Assembly (NCBI GenBank): GCA_964607415.1
Contig: CAZSKK010000001.1
Location: 132,190 to 196,189, forward strand
Length of the DNA: 64,000 bases
Source of the DNA: an uncultured Candidatus Saccharibacteria bacterium
GTDB lineage: Bacteria > Patescibacteriota > Dojkabacteria > J137
Direction of reading: 5' to 3'
Made by a program: the position numbers and the translations under genes. Every line of letters starts with the position of its first letter. The stretch's first letter is position 1. Below the pieces are notes generated by a model. The model saw only the letters and a list, made by a program, of their open reading frames with translations. It searched no databases and was not told the origin of the DNA. This document shows positions 39,655 to 49,586 of the stretch, piece after piece.

Positions 39655-40620
39655 TCATCTTCCGCTTGCAATACAAACCGCGGTTTTTATATTCATGCCT
39701 TGATTCTTTAATCTTAATAAAGCTGCAGTGCTAAGTAAAGATGTATAAGATAATCCGCTGCTTCGAACATCTAGCTTTGAGCCTATAAATTCTTTAGCAG
39801 ATTCTAGCTCTTTATTTGTAATTGCCAGAGCTTTGCCATCAGTTTCGTTTACTATCTTCAATATCTGAGGAGATCTTAAAACTGTTTTTTCAATTATTGC
39901 GTCTGCAAGATTTGATTCTTCGGAAGTTACATTTTCTCCTAACATATCTGCAACAGGATGAATTTTACTAGTTTGACAAACAATTATCTTAGGCAGGCCA
40001 TAATCATCATTTAACCTCATGCCAAGTCCTTGTACCAAGCCTACCAACGCGGTTCCTGAAGAAACAGGGACGAATAAATATGTTTCTTTTAATTCTTTTG
40101 AGGAATAGTTTTTAATCAAGGATGCAATCTCAAAACCTAATGTCCAGTAGGCCTTTATGATTTCAGAATCGGTGGAAGCACTTAGGTTATACGAGCCAGT
40201 TTTTGAAATAATCTCAGCTCTTTTTTGTTTAGGAATAGCACTTTCGTAAATTTCTAAATTAATTTGTTTTTTTAAGTCTATTAATATTTCTAACTTTTCG
40301 GGATTTATTGATTTATTAGAGATTACAACATGCAACTTAAAATCCAGGTTAAGTTTATGAATAAAACTTGCAAAGCTGATAGCTGCATTCCCTGATGAAG
40401 ATATTACTGCTTGTTTCACGCCAAGATCTGCAAGCTGGGACAATTTAAAAGCTGTGGCCCTATCTTTCCAAGAACCTGTAGGATTTAAATCTTCCCTTTT
40501 TATCAGAAGTCGTGTTGATCCAAGTTTAATTTCATCAGTGCTTGTATCGCCTTCCGAGAGTGAATAATTTATATTAAAGTTTGTATACTGTTTTAGTTCT
40601 TTATATTTCCAAATACTCAC
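39655..40620 (-). CDS. Fold-type II PLP enzyme (threonine-synthase-like)
   Basis: KREDLNPTGSWKDR, SSGNAA, PVSSGT. Confidence 0.85.
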   Translation of the reverse strand: MSIWKYKELKQYTNFNINYSLSEGDTSTDEIKLGSTRLLIKREDLNPTGSWKDRATAFKLSQLADLGVKQAVISSSGNAAISFASFIHKLNLDFKLHVVISNKSINPEKLEILIDLKKQINLEIYESAIPKQKRAEIISKTGSYNLSASTDSEIIKAYWTLGFEIASLIKNYSSKELKETYLFVPVSSGTALVGLVQGLGMRLNDDYGLPKIIVCQTSKIHPVADMLGENVTSEESNLADAIIEKTVLRSPQILKIVNETDGKALAITNKELESAKEFIGSKLDVRSSGLSYTSLLSTAALLRLKNQGMNIKTAVCIASGR

Positions 40621-40736
40621 AGCGTTGTATGGTTGTAAAGTTATAATGTTTTAACGTTGTAACTTTTTAACATTTAAACTTTCTAACGTTATTCATTAAA
40701 TGATAAAATATCTTATATAGATTTTAACTTAAACTC

Positions 40737-40979
40737 ATGAAAGATAAAATAAAAGTAACAGATGGATTATTTATTTGTGCAGAATGCGAGAATGAAGTTA
40801 AGCCATTAACTAATTCTGTCGAAGGTATTGTCGAGGCTGATATTGAGACAATAAAAAAAGATTTAAAAGATTTCCCAACAAAAGTTATTTACGGAATTTG
40901 TCCGGTTTGTGGTATGGAATATGTGTTTGAACTTGAAGGGGAAGATTTGTGGTTAGTACCTAGTGAGGAGGAAAAGTAA
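40737..40979 (+). CDS. Small Zn-ribbon protein
   Basis: CAEC and CPVCG pairs. Confidence 0.65.
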   Translation: MKDKIKVTDGLFICAECENEVKPLTNSVEGIVEADIETIKKDLKDFPTKVIYGICPVCGMEYVFELEGEDLWLVPSEEEK

Positions 40980-41169
40980 CATATTCGTAACATATATGTT
41001 TTTCGGAATGTGAATTTTTAAAGAAAATTTCTTTATTTTCAGATGATATTGATTGAGGATATAAATTGTGGATATTTCGTTCTTTATATTTATTTACCCT
41101 AAGTGTTTTCACAGGTTGACATTTGTTTCACAAAAATCTTCGAAATCTGCTGCCAATAAGTGTTCCCGT

Positions 41170-41198
41170 TTGTCAGATTATAATGTCTATGCTAATAT
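41170..41198 (+). promoter_or_regulatory. Sigma70-type promoter
   Basis: TTGTCA-17 bp-TAATAT with TG extension, 5 nt before the hairpin RNA. Confidence 0.55.
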
Positions 41199-41203
41199 AT
41201 TCT

Positions 41204-41336
41204 TAGCACGTTAGATGTAAGCAGGCAACTTTAACAGAATAATTTTAGGTTAAGCGAGGCAACTTATCCGTGGATATTTTGCAAGAGCTTACAAACTCTT
41301 CTTAGAGAGCATACCTGGAATAAATCTAACGTGCTG
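41204..41336 (+). ncRNA. Rod-shaped structured RNA, 6S-like candidate 1
   Basis: 13-bp closing stem TAGCACGTTAGAT/ATCTAACGTGCTG, internal bubble, terminal stem; motif similarity to 41579-41726. Confidence 0.55.
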
Positions 41337-41543
41337 CTATAAAATCTTCATTTGCAAAACTACCTCTTTCTCAATCATAATGACCATTTCGGACTTAGTC
41401 CGAGATGCGCCCTGTAGAAAATTCCGAATAAAGAATTAACAATAACGAATTAATCACCAGTGGCAATAATAAAAATTAGAACTTTTTATTGAAATTTAAT
41501 TCGATGTTCGTTATTAGGCATTCGTGATTTAACAAGTTAAAAA

Positions 41544-41573
41544 TTGAAAAATTTCGATTTTAAGCGCTATAAT
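41544..41573 (+). promoter_or_regulatory. Sigma70-type promoter
   Basis: TTGAAA-18 bp-TATAAT, 5 nt before the hairpin RNA. Confidence 0.7.
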
Positions 41574-41578
41574 AAGTT

Positions 41579-41726
41579 GGAGCTGGTGGCTCAAAAGAAA
41601 CTCTGACTCTTATGATTTAGGTCCAGCGAAGTGTTGGTCTGTGGGCCAAATAACCTAGCTGGCATTCTGGAAGAAATTCTAGAAATTGTTTGGAGAGATG
41701 TTTTCTCTCATCCATCAGCTCCACCA
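41579..41726 (+). ncRNA. Rod-shaped structured RNA, 6S-like candidate 2
   Basis: 11-bp closing stem GGAGCTGGTGG/CCATCAGCTCC, central bubble with a 3'-side hairpin TTCTGGAA-GAAA-TTCTAGAA, terminal stem. Confidence 0.65.
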
Positions 41727-41806
41727 AAGCTAAAAATATACTACAAATTTAAAATTAAAAACAAAGCAAAAAAGGCTGAAAGCAATGGTAGTTTGAAGCT
41801 CAAAAA

Positions 41807-41877
41807 GCGAGGTTAGTACAGTGGTAGTACACGTGCTTCCCAAGCACGGAACGCGAGTTCGAACCTCGTACCTCGCT
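41807..41877 (+). tRNA. tRNA-Gly(CCC)
   Basis: GCGAGGT...ACCTCGC-T, CGTGC-TT-CCC-AA-GCACG, GTTCGAA T-loop. Confidence 0.96.
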
Positions 41878-41894
41878 TTTTGAGCTTTTAATTA

Positions 41895-42257
41895 ATGAAA
41901 CAAGAAAACCAACGAATCTATAAAATGACATTTTCCAGCGTTTATCCGCATTATATTGCTAAGGCGGAAAGAAAAGGCCGTACAAAAGATGAAGTGGATC
42001 AAATAATCTGCTGGCTGACCGGTTATAGTCTTGCACAGCTGGATTCTCAAATAAAAAATCAGGTTCTTTTTGAAACTTTCTTTAAAGAGGCTCCCAAAAT
42101 GAACCCGTCACGTTCTTTAATCACTGGAGTTATTTGTGGCGTAAGAGTTGAAGAAATACAAGATCCGCTAATGAAAGAAATTAGATACCTCGATAAGTTA
42201 ATTGACGAACTTGCAAAAGGTAAAGAGATGGAAAAGATTTTAAGAAAGTTAGGTTAA
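41895..42257 (+). CDS. DUF2200 family protein
   Basis: [43 protein letters not shown]. Confidence 0.92.
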   Translation: MKQENQRIYKMTFSSVYPHYIAKAERKGRTKDEVDQIICWLTGYSLAQLDSQIKNQVLFETFFKEAPKMNPSRSLITGVICGVRVEEIQDPLMKEIRYLDKLIDELAKGKEMEKILRKLG

Positions 42258-43204
42258 GATGGAATATTGATAACAAAATCAAGCTCGCTGTTATGCAATT
42301 TTTTTATGTAGTATATTATTCTTTTTTGCATTATATCTATTAAGGTATTACCTTCAAATTGCTCACAAAGAATGTTGTAAATAGGACTATTTTGTAGATA
42401 GTATGAATTTCTGACATGATGATTTAATGCATAATTTCCTGTGCACCCAACCTCATTATAGGCACCTCCTATATACTCTCTTTGAATTATATTTTTAATT
42501 TCTACAGTAATATTGCCGTTTGAATCTGTAAATTGAGGAATGTATCCACGAACTAAAGCTTTTGCTTCAAGCATACCAAATTTGAGCTTTGATGCAATTT
42601 TTTTTGTTATAGATTTATCTACAAAACTCTGACATGTTTGTATAATGTCACCTTCCCAGTGAAAAATACAATGGGATAGTAATGCATAAGTTATAAGTTC
42701 AAATCCTCCAAAAATTGTACTAAAAGGTGCTCCAGCACTCAAAAAGGTATAGTCTTTAAGTAGTGGTAGTAATTTAACTGAAAATGTTTTATGATAATCT
42801 TCGCTGTATTCACTTAAAAATTCGAGGTAACCAGCACAGGCATAAATCATTGAATTTAAGAGAAGGTTTGTAGAGTGAGAGTCTAAATTTATTCCTGGTA
42901 GAATGAATCGAATTGGAACTAATGATTCTGAGCCAAAACTTCCTACAGAACTTGGCATTTTTGTGTAAAATAACAGACCAGATGATGCTTCTATAGATTG
43001 GACATTTTCATCTTCGACCCAACTATCACCTTCGAAAACCATTACGTTGCTTCTTTCCTTTATGTAGTCTATGCGTTTTACATAATGCGCAAGCTCCGAT
43101 GGATCTTCAGGTATATAGCTGATACCATCGAAATAAATTTTGAAAAATGATGCAACTAAGTCAACATGCGAATTCTCATCATGTGAGGGACATAAGTTTT
43201 TCAT
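42254..43204 (-). CDS. Hypothetical protein
   Basis: 316-aa ORF; ATG 5 nt after TATAAT. Confidence 0.65.
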   Translation of the reverse strand: MKNLCPSHDENSHVDLVASFFKIYFDGISYIPEDPSELAHYVKRIDYIKERSNVMVFEGDSWVEDENVQSIEASSGLLFYTKMPSSVGSFGSESLVPIRFILPGINLDSHSTNLLLNSMIYACAGYLEFLSEYSEDYHKTFSVKLLPLLKDYTFLSAGAPFSTIFGGFELITYALLSHCIFHWEGDIIQTCQSFVDKSITKKIASKLKFGMLEAKALVRGYIPQFTDSNGNITVEIKNIIQREYIGGAYNEVGCTGNYALNHHVRNSYYLQNSPIYNILCEQFEGNTLIDIMQKRIIYYIKKLHNSELDFVINIPS

Positions 43205-43306
43205 GCTGAATTATAACCGCAAGCAGTAGAGATAATCAATATCGAATATATAGTCTATTTTAGAGAAGATTTTTATAAACAATTATTCTGTGACTTGAGC
43301 AAAAGC

Positions 43307-43978
43307 TCAGATCTTCAAATGGTCGTACTTTACTACTAATCTAAATATAATCGCTGCTCCAAAGATTGCCAGGGCACACATAATTGATGCTAAATATCCA
43401 GTGTTCCAGTCAAAAATTCTAACCAGAAAATACGAGGTTGGGAAGAACGAAACGTATGCAAAGAATAAGTGTAATAAAGCGGGCCTCTTTTTCTCAAATT
43501 TATCTGGAAGGGCAAATAATCCAGCCAAAGTCATTGCATACAAAAGACTAAAGGCATAGTAAATTGCCCAAGCATCTGCAAAATCATTATGCCAGCTTTC
43601 TTCCTGTGTAACTGCATACTTTGCAAAACAATAACATTCGTCTGTATTTTCAAAAATATTTGGTTTTATAACAACAGTTAGAGCAAAAAATAAACCAACA
43701 ACTTGAAATAGAATGTAGCCAAGCTTTTTATTCATTACTTTTTGTAAAAAGAAAATTCCAAGTGGAGGCAATAGTGTTGTTGAAAAAAAGGAAAGATTAA
43801 CGCTAAATTTATCATATTTTGTGCTAAATAAAATAAATTCACCAAGTTGATAGGTTCCAAGCAAAACAAAAAAAACTGCAGCAAGCTTTGGATAAAATTT
43901 CCCATATTTTAAAGACAATCCCGCAAATGTATATTCGATAAGAGCAGTAATTAGTGGGCGAAGAATAAAAATATCCAT
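43307..43978 (-). CDS. Multi-pass (about 7 TM) membrane protein
   Basis: Hydrophobic helices; YQL.EF, LPP.G and S..CA.A motifs. Confidence 0.7.
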   Translation of the reverse strand: MDIFILRPLITALIEYTFAGLSLKYGKFYPKLAAVFFVLLGTYQLGEFILFSTKYDKFSVNLSFFSTTLLPPLGIFFLQKVMNKKLGYILFQVVGLFFALTVVIKPNIFENTDECYCFAKYAVTQEESWHNDFADAWAIYYAFSLLYAMTLAGLFALPDKFEKKRPALLHLFFAYVSFFPTSYFLVRIFDWNTGYLASIMCALAIFGAAIIFRLVVKYDHLKI

Positions 43979-44093
43979 AAGAATAAGATTAATGGTTATA
44001 ACTTCTTATGCAAATTTAATGATAAGCTTTTAAATTGTACACCAACAAAGTGTTTGTTGTAAGATGTTAGAGTTACGCAATTTTTTATTGAAA

Positions 44094-44666
44094 ATGAAAA
44101 CGCTTGATAAGGCATTTTATAATAGATCAGCCGAAGTAGTTGCAACTAAATTGTTAGGCAAAATACTTACTAGAAGTCTAGATAATTCAATAATTTCAGG
44201 ACGAATTGTTGAAGTTGAAGCATACCTTCCATTTATTGATGAAGCAGCTCATTCTTTTAAAGGCAAGACAAAAAGGAATTTGTCTTTATTCAAATCCGCT
44301 GGTCATGCCTATATCCATTCAATTCACACACAAAATTGTTTAGACGTTGTAACGGACAAATTGGAAATTCCAGGAAGTGTTTTAATAAGAGCAATAGAGC
44401 CACTTGATGGAATAGAAAAAATGAAAGAATTTAGGAATAAAGAAAATCTTTTAGATTTAACTAGTGGGCCTGGGAAATTAACGAAAGCTCTAAATATAAC
44501 AAAGGAATTGGATGGGATTGATCTTACAAATAGCAAAGAGTTATGGATCTTGGACGATGGTTTCATTGTGAAAGATATTGTTTCTGGAGCAAGGATAGGA
44601 ATATCAAAGGCTAGGCATAAACAGTTAAGATTTTATATAAAAGGTAATGATTTTGTGTCGAGATAA
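44094..44666 (+). CDS. 3-methyladenine DNA glycosylase (MPG/AAG family)
   Basis: LLGK, GRIVEVEAY, AAHS, VLIRAIEP, SGPGKL..AL, RIGIS, LRF. Confidence 0.95.
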   Translation: MKTLDKAFYNRSAEVVATKLLGKILTRSLDNSIISGRIVEVEAYLPFIDEAAHSFKGKTKRNLSLFKSAGHAYIHSIHTQNCLDVVTDKLEIPGSVLIRAIEPLDGIEKMKEFRNKENLLDLTSGPGKLTKALNITKELDGIDLTNSKELWILDDGFIVKDIVSGARIGISKARHKQLRFYIKGNDFVSR

Positions 44667-44734
44667 TATGAAGCAACTTTTTATCTGGCTAATTAAGATA
44701 GATTATTTGGTAGCTAATTTTACTCATGAAAAAA

Positions 44735-45283
44735 TTAAGCTATACATTCTTTTAACACAAAAAGTCTTTTAAAGAAGGTAAAGTTTTTAGCAAGATCTTT
44801 CAGTGCATAATTTTCACTAAGTTCACAAATAACTTTGGATAAAGCCTTAACATTAATCTCTGCAAAAACTTTACCTTCTCCAGCATCTCGCAACACTCGG
44901 TACAATGGCTGGCTAGCTGGTAAATCTAAAGTTAAAAGTAAAAATTGGTTGCTTAAGTTTGCAAAAGTTTCCCAATAAAGTGTATCTGGAAGATATCGCT
45001 CGTTATTATTCCAAAACTTGCATAAAGCTTCAATTCCAGAAATCAACATTAGTGAATGTATAAATTTATCTTTATTATCAAGCCCATAAGGTGATTCTAG
45101 ATCATTTGGCATAAAGTGGAGTTCTTTTCTACTTTCGTAAATGCACACACAAAGCCCGGTGTTTCCAAAATCTATTATTTGAGTTTGGCGTACTTTCCAA
45201 TACGGATCAATTGAAAGAGTTGAATCAATTTGACAAACATCAGGGTAATCTGTTTTTATTTTTTCAACTAAATATTCAATCAT
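44735..45283 (-). CDS. Hypothetical protein, paralog A
   Basis: Shares FGNTG, ELHF.PN, KF.HSLML..G and TFFKRL.V with the next ORF. Confidence 0.7.
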   Translation of the reverse strand: MIEYLVEKIKTDYPDVCQIDSTLSIDPYWKVRQTQIIDFGNTGLCVCIYESRKELHFMPNDLESPYGLDNKDKFIHSLMLISGIEALCKFWNNNERYLPDTLYWETFANLSNQFLLLTLDLPASQPLYRVLRDAGEGKVFAEINVKALSKVICELSENYALKDLAKNFTFFKRLFVLKECIA

Positions 45284-45342
45284 GCTGAATTATACATCAA
45301 GATATTTCTTTGTGTCCACAAATATTGGCGACAATCAAATTG

Positions 45343-45894
45343 CTAAACCCAGCAGTTTTCTGATTTTGTAACACTTAGTCTTTTAAAAAACGTATAAGTA
45401 GTAACCAGGTATTCAAAATCATGATTTTTTTGCAACTCATTTAATATAAAAGCAAACGATGTAATATCGAACTTACCTTCAAATTTTCCAAAGTTAGCTG
45501 ATTTTTGAGCTGTGTACAATTCAATGCCATGGAGAGAAAAATCGCAAGTAAGATTTTTTAGTTGATTATGTAATCCTAAGTGTGTTTTAACTCCAAGTAC
45601 ATCTGGAAGTGGCTTAACTGTATTTTTGCTATTCCAATAGTTGGCTAAGGAATGTAAACCAGCTACCAGCATGAGTGAATGCCAAAATTTTACTGAAGGA
45701 GTTAATTCTAGATCACCAGTAAAGTTGTTTGGAGTGAAATGCAGTTCAGCAAAATTATCATTTAAATCAACCTTTACTCCTGTATTACCAAACTTGATCT
45801 CATAATATGAACCTCTACATTTCTCTTGAGGTTCAGAATAAATATTTGAAATTAGTGGGTACTTTTCTTGTATTCTTTGCGTCAGATTATCCAC
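45343..45894 (-). CDS. Hypothetical protein, paralog B
   Basis: Same motifs as paralog A; GTG 45894 lies 5 nt after TATAAT. Confidence 0.7.
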   Translation of the reverse strand: MDNLTQRIQEKYPLISNIYSEPQEKCRGSYYEIKFGNTGVKVDLNDNFAELHFTPNNFTGDLELTPSVKFWHSLMLVAGLHSLANYWNSKNTVKPLPDVLGVKTHLGLHNQLKNLTCDFSLHGIELYTAQKSANFGKFEGKFDITSFAFILNELQKNHDFEYLVTTYTFFKRLSVTKSENCWV

Positions 45895-45947
45895 GAGCAA
45901 TTATACAAATCTCGTAAGAAAATGTCTACAAAAAATGGCGTCAATTT

Positions 45948-47723
45948 CTAGCTACCTCTCTTGGAAGTGTATATTAGATCAAGCGCAGATTTAAAGTCAA
46001 GAGGTTTTTCAATAGATCCTCCAGAAATAAAGAAGATTTGATCAGCGTTTTCTATTGTATTAAGCCTATGTGCAATAATGACCTTTGTTGTTTGTTTTGG
46101 AAGTTGATCCAAAATGTGCTGTAAAAGTTCCTCGGTAACTGTATCAATATTTGCAGTTGCCTCATCTAAAATTAAAAGTTTTGGTTGTCTTAAAAGTACT
46201 CTAACAAAAGCAATAAGCTGCTTTTGTCCCAAGCTTATGTTCTCACTTCCTGGTTTAACTTCTGTTTTTAATCCCTCATTAAATTTTTCAATAAGTTTTT
46301 CTAAGCCCAATTCTTTAAGCTTTGTTTCTAGTTGCTTGTTATTAAATTTCGCAATTTCTTCGTTACCATACTTTATGTTGTCTGCTAATGTTCCAGTAAA
46401 TAAAAATGGCTCTTGTAAAATAAATCCAATATGTTTTGAAAGAGTTTCAAATTCATAAGATCTAATATCTTTGCCTTTAAAGAAAATTCTACCTTCAGTT
46501 GCATCATAAAGCCTTGCCATTAGGTTTGCTGTAGTACTTTTGCCTCCGCCTGTTGGTCCTACTAAAGCATAGGTTTTGCCTTCATCGAGGTCAATGTTAA
46601 TATCTTTTAGAATCATACTTTCCAGGTTATATCCAAAACTAACATTGTCAAACTTCATCAAAAGATCTTGGTGCTTTGTTTCTATTGAATCAATAATATT
46701 CAAATTACTTTCAAGGCTTAAAATCTTACTTATTCTTGACCAGCTTGCAATCGATGTTTGAAACTGAGAGAAAAGTTCAGCCATTTCTTTAAGAGGGTTA
46801 AAGAAAGAGTTACTATACAAAATGAAAGTTATTAATGCGCCAAACTCTGGTGCAGTGCCAGCATTAATTTTATCAAAAATTAAAATTTGTATACCAAATG
46901 CAATAATCAAAACACTTCCGATGGATCCTGCGTAATTATATATTGGAACTAAAAGACCGTTTGCAATACCAGCCCAGGTTGCAGCTTTTCGATTTTCATT
47001 GTTAACCTTTGCAAAAGATTCTTTAAAATAGTCTCTTCTATTAAATACAACTGTGACTTTAAAATTAGTTAAGCTTTCTTGAATTTCCGCCGACATTTCA
47101 CCTAGCTTTTGAAGGCTTTTAGCATTTCGCGCTTTTATCCAGCCTGAAAGTGAAAATGTAATTATAAGCATTGCTATAAGTGTACCTACTGCAATCAATC
47201 CTAATGTTACGTTTAAATAAACCATTACAGAACCAATCCCGGCAATTACAACTATATCACCAGTAAATCTTAGTAATGTTTCTGAAAACGCTTGATTAAG
47301 TTTCTCTGTGTCATTATTAATTCTTGAAATTAAATCTCCTGCTTTGTTTTCACTAAAAAATTGTAAAGGAAGGGCTTGAATCTTATTAAAAATTGCGTTT
47401 CTTACTCTAAACAATATATTTTGCCCTACCCTACCCATTATCAAAATCTGAAAATAGCTTGCAAAAGCACCAATTCCATAGATTAATGATAAAAACAAAA
47501 GTGAACTTAGTAAATTGTCTTTATCTTTGATTGGTATGTATTTATCAGTAATATCACCAATCAAGAATGGTGCATAAATTACAGTGGCTGAGTTTACTAG
47601 CAGAAAGCCAAATGCAATTATAAAGTTCAACCTAGAGCCTTTTATATAGTAATACAAAGCTTTCGCTGCTTTAAAAAAGCCTGATTTTTCTTTTGAGTTT
47701 TCGTCTAGGTTTAATTTATACAT
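45948..47723 (-). CDS. ABC exporter, fused TMD-NBD (consensus-site subunit)
   Basis: GPTGGGKST, SLGQKQ, LILDEAT, IAHRL. Confidence 0.95.
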   Translation of the reverse strand: MYKLNLDENSKEKSGFFKAAKALYYYIKGSRLNFIIAFGFLLVNSATVIYAPFLIGDITDKYIPIKDKDNLLSSLLFLSLIYGIGAFASYFQILIMGRVGQNILFRVRNAIFNKIQALPLQFFSENKAGDLISRINNDTEKLNQAFSETLLRFTGDIVVIAGIGSVMVYLNVTLGLIAVGTLIAMLIITFSLSGWIKARNAKSLQKLGEMSAEIQESLTNFKVTVVFNRRDYFKESFAKVNNENRKAATWAGIANGLLVPIYNYAGSIGSVLIIAFGIQILIFDKINAGTAPEFGALITFILYSNSFFNPLKEMAELFSQFQTSIASWSRISKILSLESNLNIIDSIETKHQDLLMKFDNVSFGYNLESMILKDINIDLDEGKTYALVGPTGGGKSTTANLMARLYDATEGRIFFKGKDIRSYEFETLSKHIGFILQEPFLFTGTLADNIKYGNEEIAKFNNKQLETKLKELGLEKLIEKFNEGLKTEVKPGSENISLGQKQLIAFVRVLLRQPKLLILDEATANIDTVTEELLQHILDQLPKQTTKVIIAHRLNTIENADQIFFISGGSIEKPLDFKSALDLIYTSKRGS

Positions 47724-47785
47724 AATATGTTGAAATGTTAAAAAGTTGGAACGTTTTAACGTTAATACTTTACAACTTTATAACG

Positions 47786-49468
47786 TTAATTCACTGCTTT
47801 TTGTGAATTGTAAATTTGATTATATTCCAATGATTGTCTTAATAATTCTTCATGTTTTCCTGTTGCAATAAGTTCTCCTTCCATAACTAAAATAATGTTA
47901 TCAAAATCCTTAATAGAGTTTATTTTTTGTGTAATTGCAACAACTGTAATCTCTGGATAATTCTTTTTTAAGTTATCAAAAATCTTTTTTTCAGTATTAA
48001 TATCAACTCTTGCAGTAAAATCGTCTAAAAGTAAAATTTTAGGATTCAATGCTAATGCTCGAGCCAAAGTTAATCTCTGCTTTTGTCCTCCAGACAAACT
48101 AACTCCTCTTTCTGAAACTATTGTTTCAAGTTTCTCAGGCAAGCTCTCTACAAAATCTTTAAGTTCAGCTGTTTCTATTGCTCTCCAAAGTTGTTCTTCA
48201 GATATATCTCCTCTAAATGCAATATTTTCTCTAATCGTTGTATTAAAAATAATACTATCTTGAAACACCATTCCCATTTGAGAGTAAAGATTGTTCGCAT
48301 CAAATTCAGAAATTTTATTTCCGTCAATCAAAATTTCACCCTCATTTGGATTGATTAATCCAGTTATAAGATAGAAAATCTGAGTTTTACCAGCAGCAGT
48401 TGGGCCAATAATGCCAACTCTTGATTTATCTTTAATTTCAAAATTTATATTATCTAAAATTCTTTTATTGGCTAAATCTAAAGTTACTTTTTTAAGCTTA
48501 ATATTTCCTTTTATATCTTTCTTTAAAGTACCGGAAACTTCAGGCTCAGGAGCTTCGATAACTTCCATAAGTCGTTGATATGTTGTAAATGCTCTTCCAA
48601 TTGTACTCGCCAAAAAGCCAAGTATAAAAATTGGATTTATAAAGATGTAAATATAGGTAAAGAAGGCAGAAAATTCTCCTGTAGTAAGTGTTCCGTCTAT
48701 GATTTGTACACCTCCATATCCAAGTACAATTAAAAAGGCAAGACTTACAACAACACTAATTACAGGAATTAGACTTGCAAAACCCGTAACAATTTTTGTC
48801 CCGATAAATTTTGCTTCATTGTTTACTTCTATAAATTTGTCTTGTTCAAATTTTTTTGCATTCAAGACTCTAATCAATGGACTACCTACAATACTTTCAT
48901 TTATAACTCTATTTAACTTATCTATAACTTCCTGACCTTTTTTGAAATACTTTTCGATAGCACTAAATATAGCACCAAATGCAAAAAGCAAAATTGGTAT
49001 TGTTAACAAAACTGGGATTGCAAGCCTCCAGTTGATAGATAAAAGCAAAATAATGCTACCAATTAGCTGAACTACAGCAGCAAATGCGATGACTAATCCT
49101 TGATTTATAAATTGTTTTACAGCATCCGTATCTGCTGTCAAATTTGTTAAAAGTTTGGAAGTAGAGACGCTATTTATGTATGTAAATGACTGTCTGGAAA
49201 TCTTTTCTATTACTTGACGTCTTAGCTCTTGAGCAATTTTTTCTGAAGTAATATTACCAATTACACTTTGGATCAAGCCTAAAATTAAAATTACTGTCGA
49301 AACTCCACCGAAAAGTAATAAATAATCATCTTTGTTGTAAGTTTGATCCTGAAGAGAATCGATTGCTTTTGAAGTAATCTGTGGTAGTAATAATCCAAGC
49401 CCATTAACAATCAACGATAAAGTAACTACTGTGAAGATGAGTAGTTTATAGTTTTTCAAAAAAGCCAA
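47786..49468 (-). CDS. ABC exporter, fused TMD-NBD (degenerate-site subunit)
   Basis: GPTAAGKT, LSGGQKQR, LLLDDF, AITQK as in heterodimeric exporters; start uncertain. Confidence 0.93.
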   Translation of the reverse strand: MAFLKNYKLLIFTVVTLSLIVNGLGLLLPQITSKAIDSLQDQTYNKDDYLLLFGGVSTVILILGLIQSVIGNITSEKIAQELRRQVIEKISRQSFTYINSVSTSKLLTNLTADTDAVKQFINQGLVIAFAAVVQLIGSIILLLSINWRLAIPVLLTIPILLFAFGAIFSAIEKYFKKGQEVIDKLNRVINESIVGSPLIRVLNAKKFEQDKFIEVNNEAKFIGTKIVTGFASLIPVISVVVSLAFLIVLGYGGVQIIDGTLTTGEFSAFFTYIYIFINPIFILGFLASTIGRAFTTYQRLMEVIEAPEPEVSGTLKKDIKGNIKLKKVTLDLANKRILDNINFEIKDKSRVGIIGPTAAGKTQIFYLITGLINPNEGEILIDGNKISEFDANNLYSQMGMVFQDSIIFNTTIRENIAFRGDISEEQLWRAIETAELKDFVESLPEKLETIVSERGVSLSGGQKQRLTLARALALNPKILLLDDFTARVDINTEKKIFDNLKKNYPEITVVAITQKINSIKDFDNIILVMEGELIATGKHEELLRQSLEYNQIYNSQKAVN

Positions 49469-49586
49469 TAAAGAAGGCTTTTTAGGTTCAATTGTTTTTC
49501 TTCTTTTTGTTGCCGTGAAACTTAATTGTATACGAAAAACTTAATTCTGTGAAGAGACTTTATTAGAGTAAGGTTTAGACAGAGAG

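Noticed and set aside
41040-41290. Replication origin (DnaA-box-like TGTGGATAT, TTTTCACAG)
   Set aside because: Few, mismatched boxes; no dnaA/dnaN nearby; better explained as promoter and ncRNA.
41579-41726. tmRNA, because of the GGAGCTG...CAGCTCCACCA ends
   Set aside because: Only about 148 nt, no T-arm (TTCRA), A3-U rather than G3.U, and no tag reading frame.
41631-41816. 61-aa ORF from the track
   Set aside because: Overlaps the structured RNA and tRNA-Gly; no protein features.
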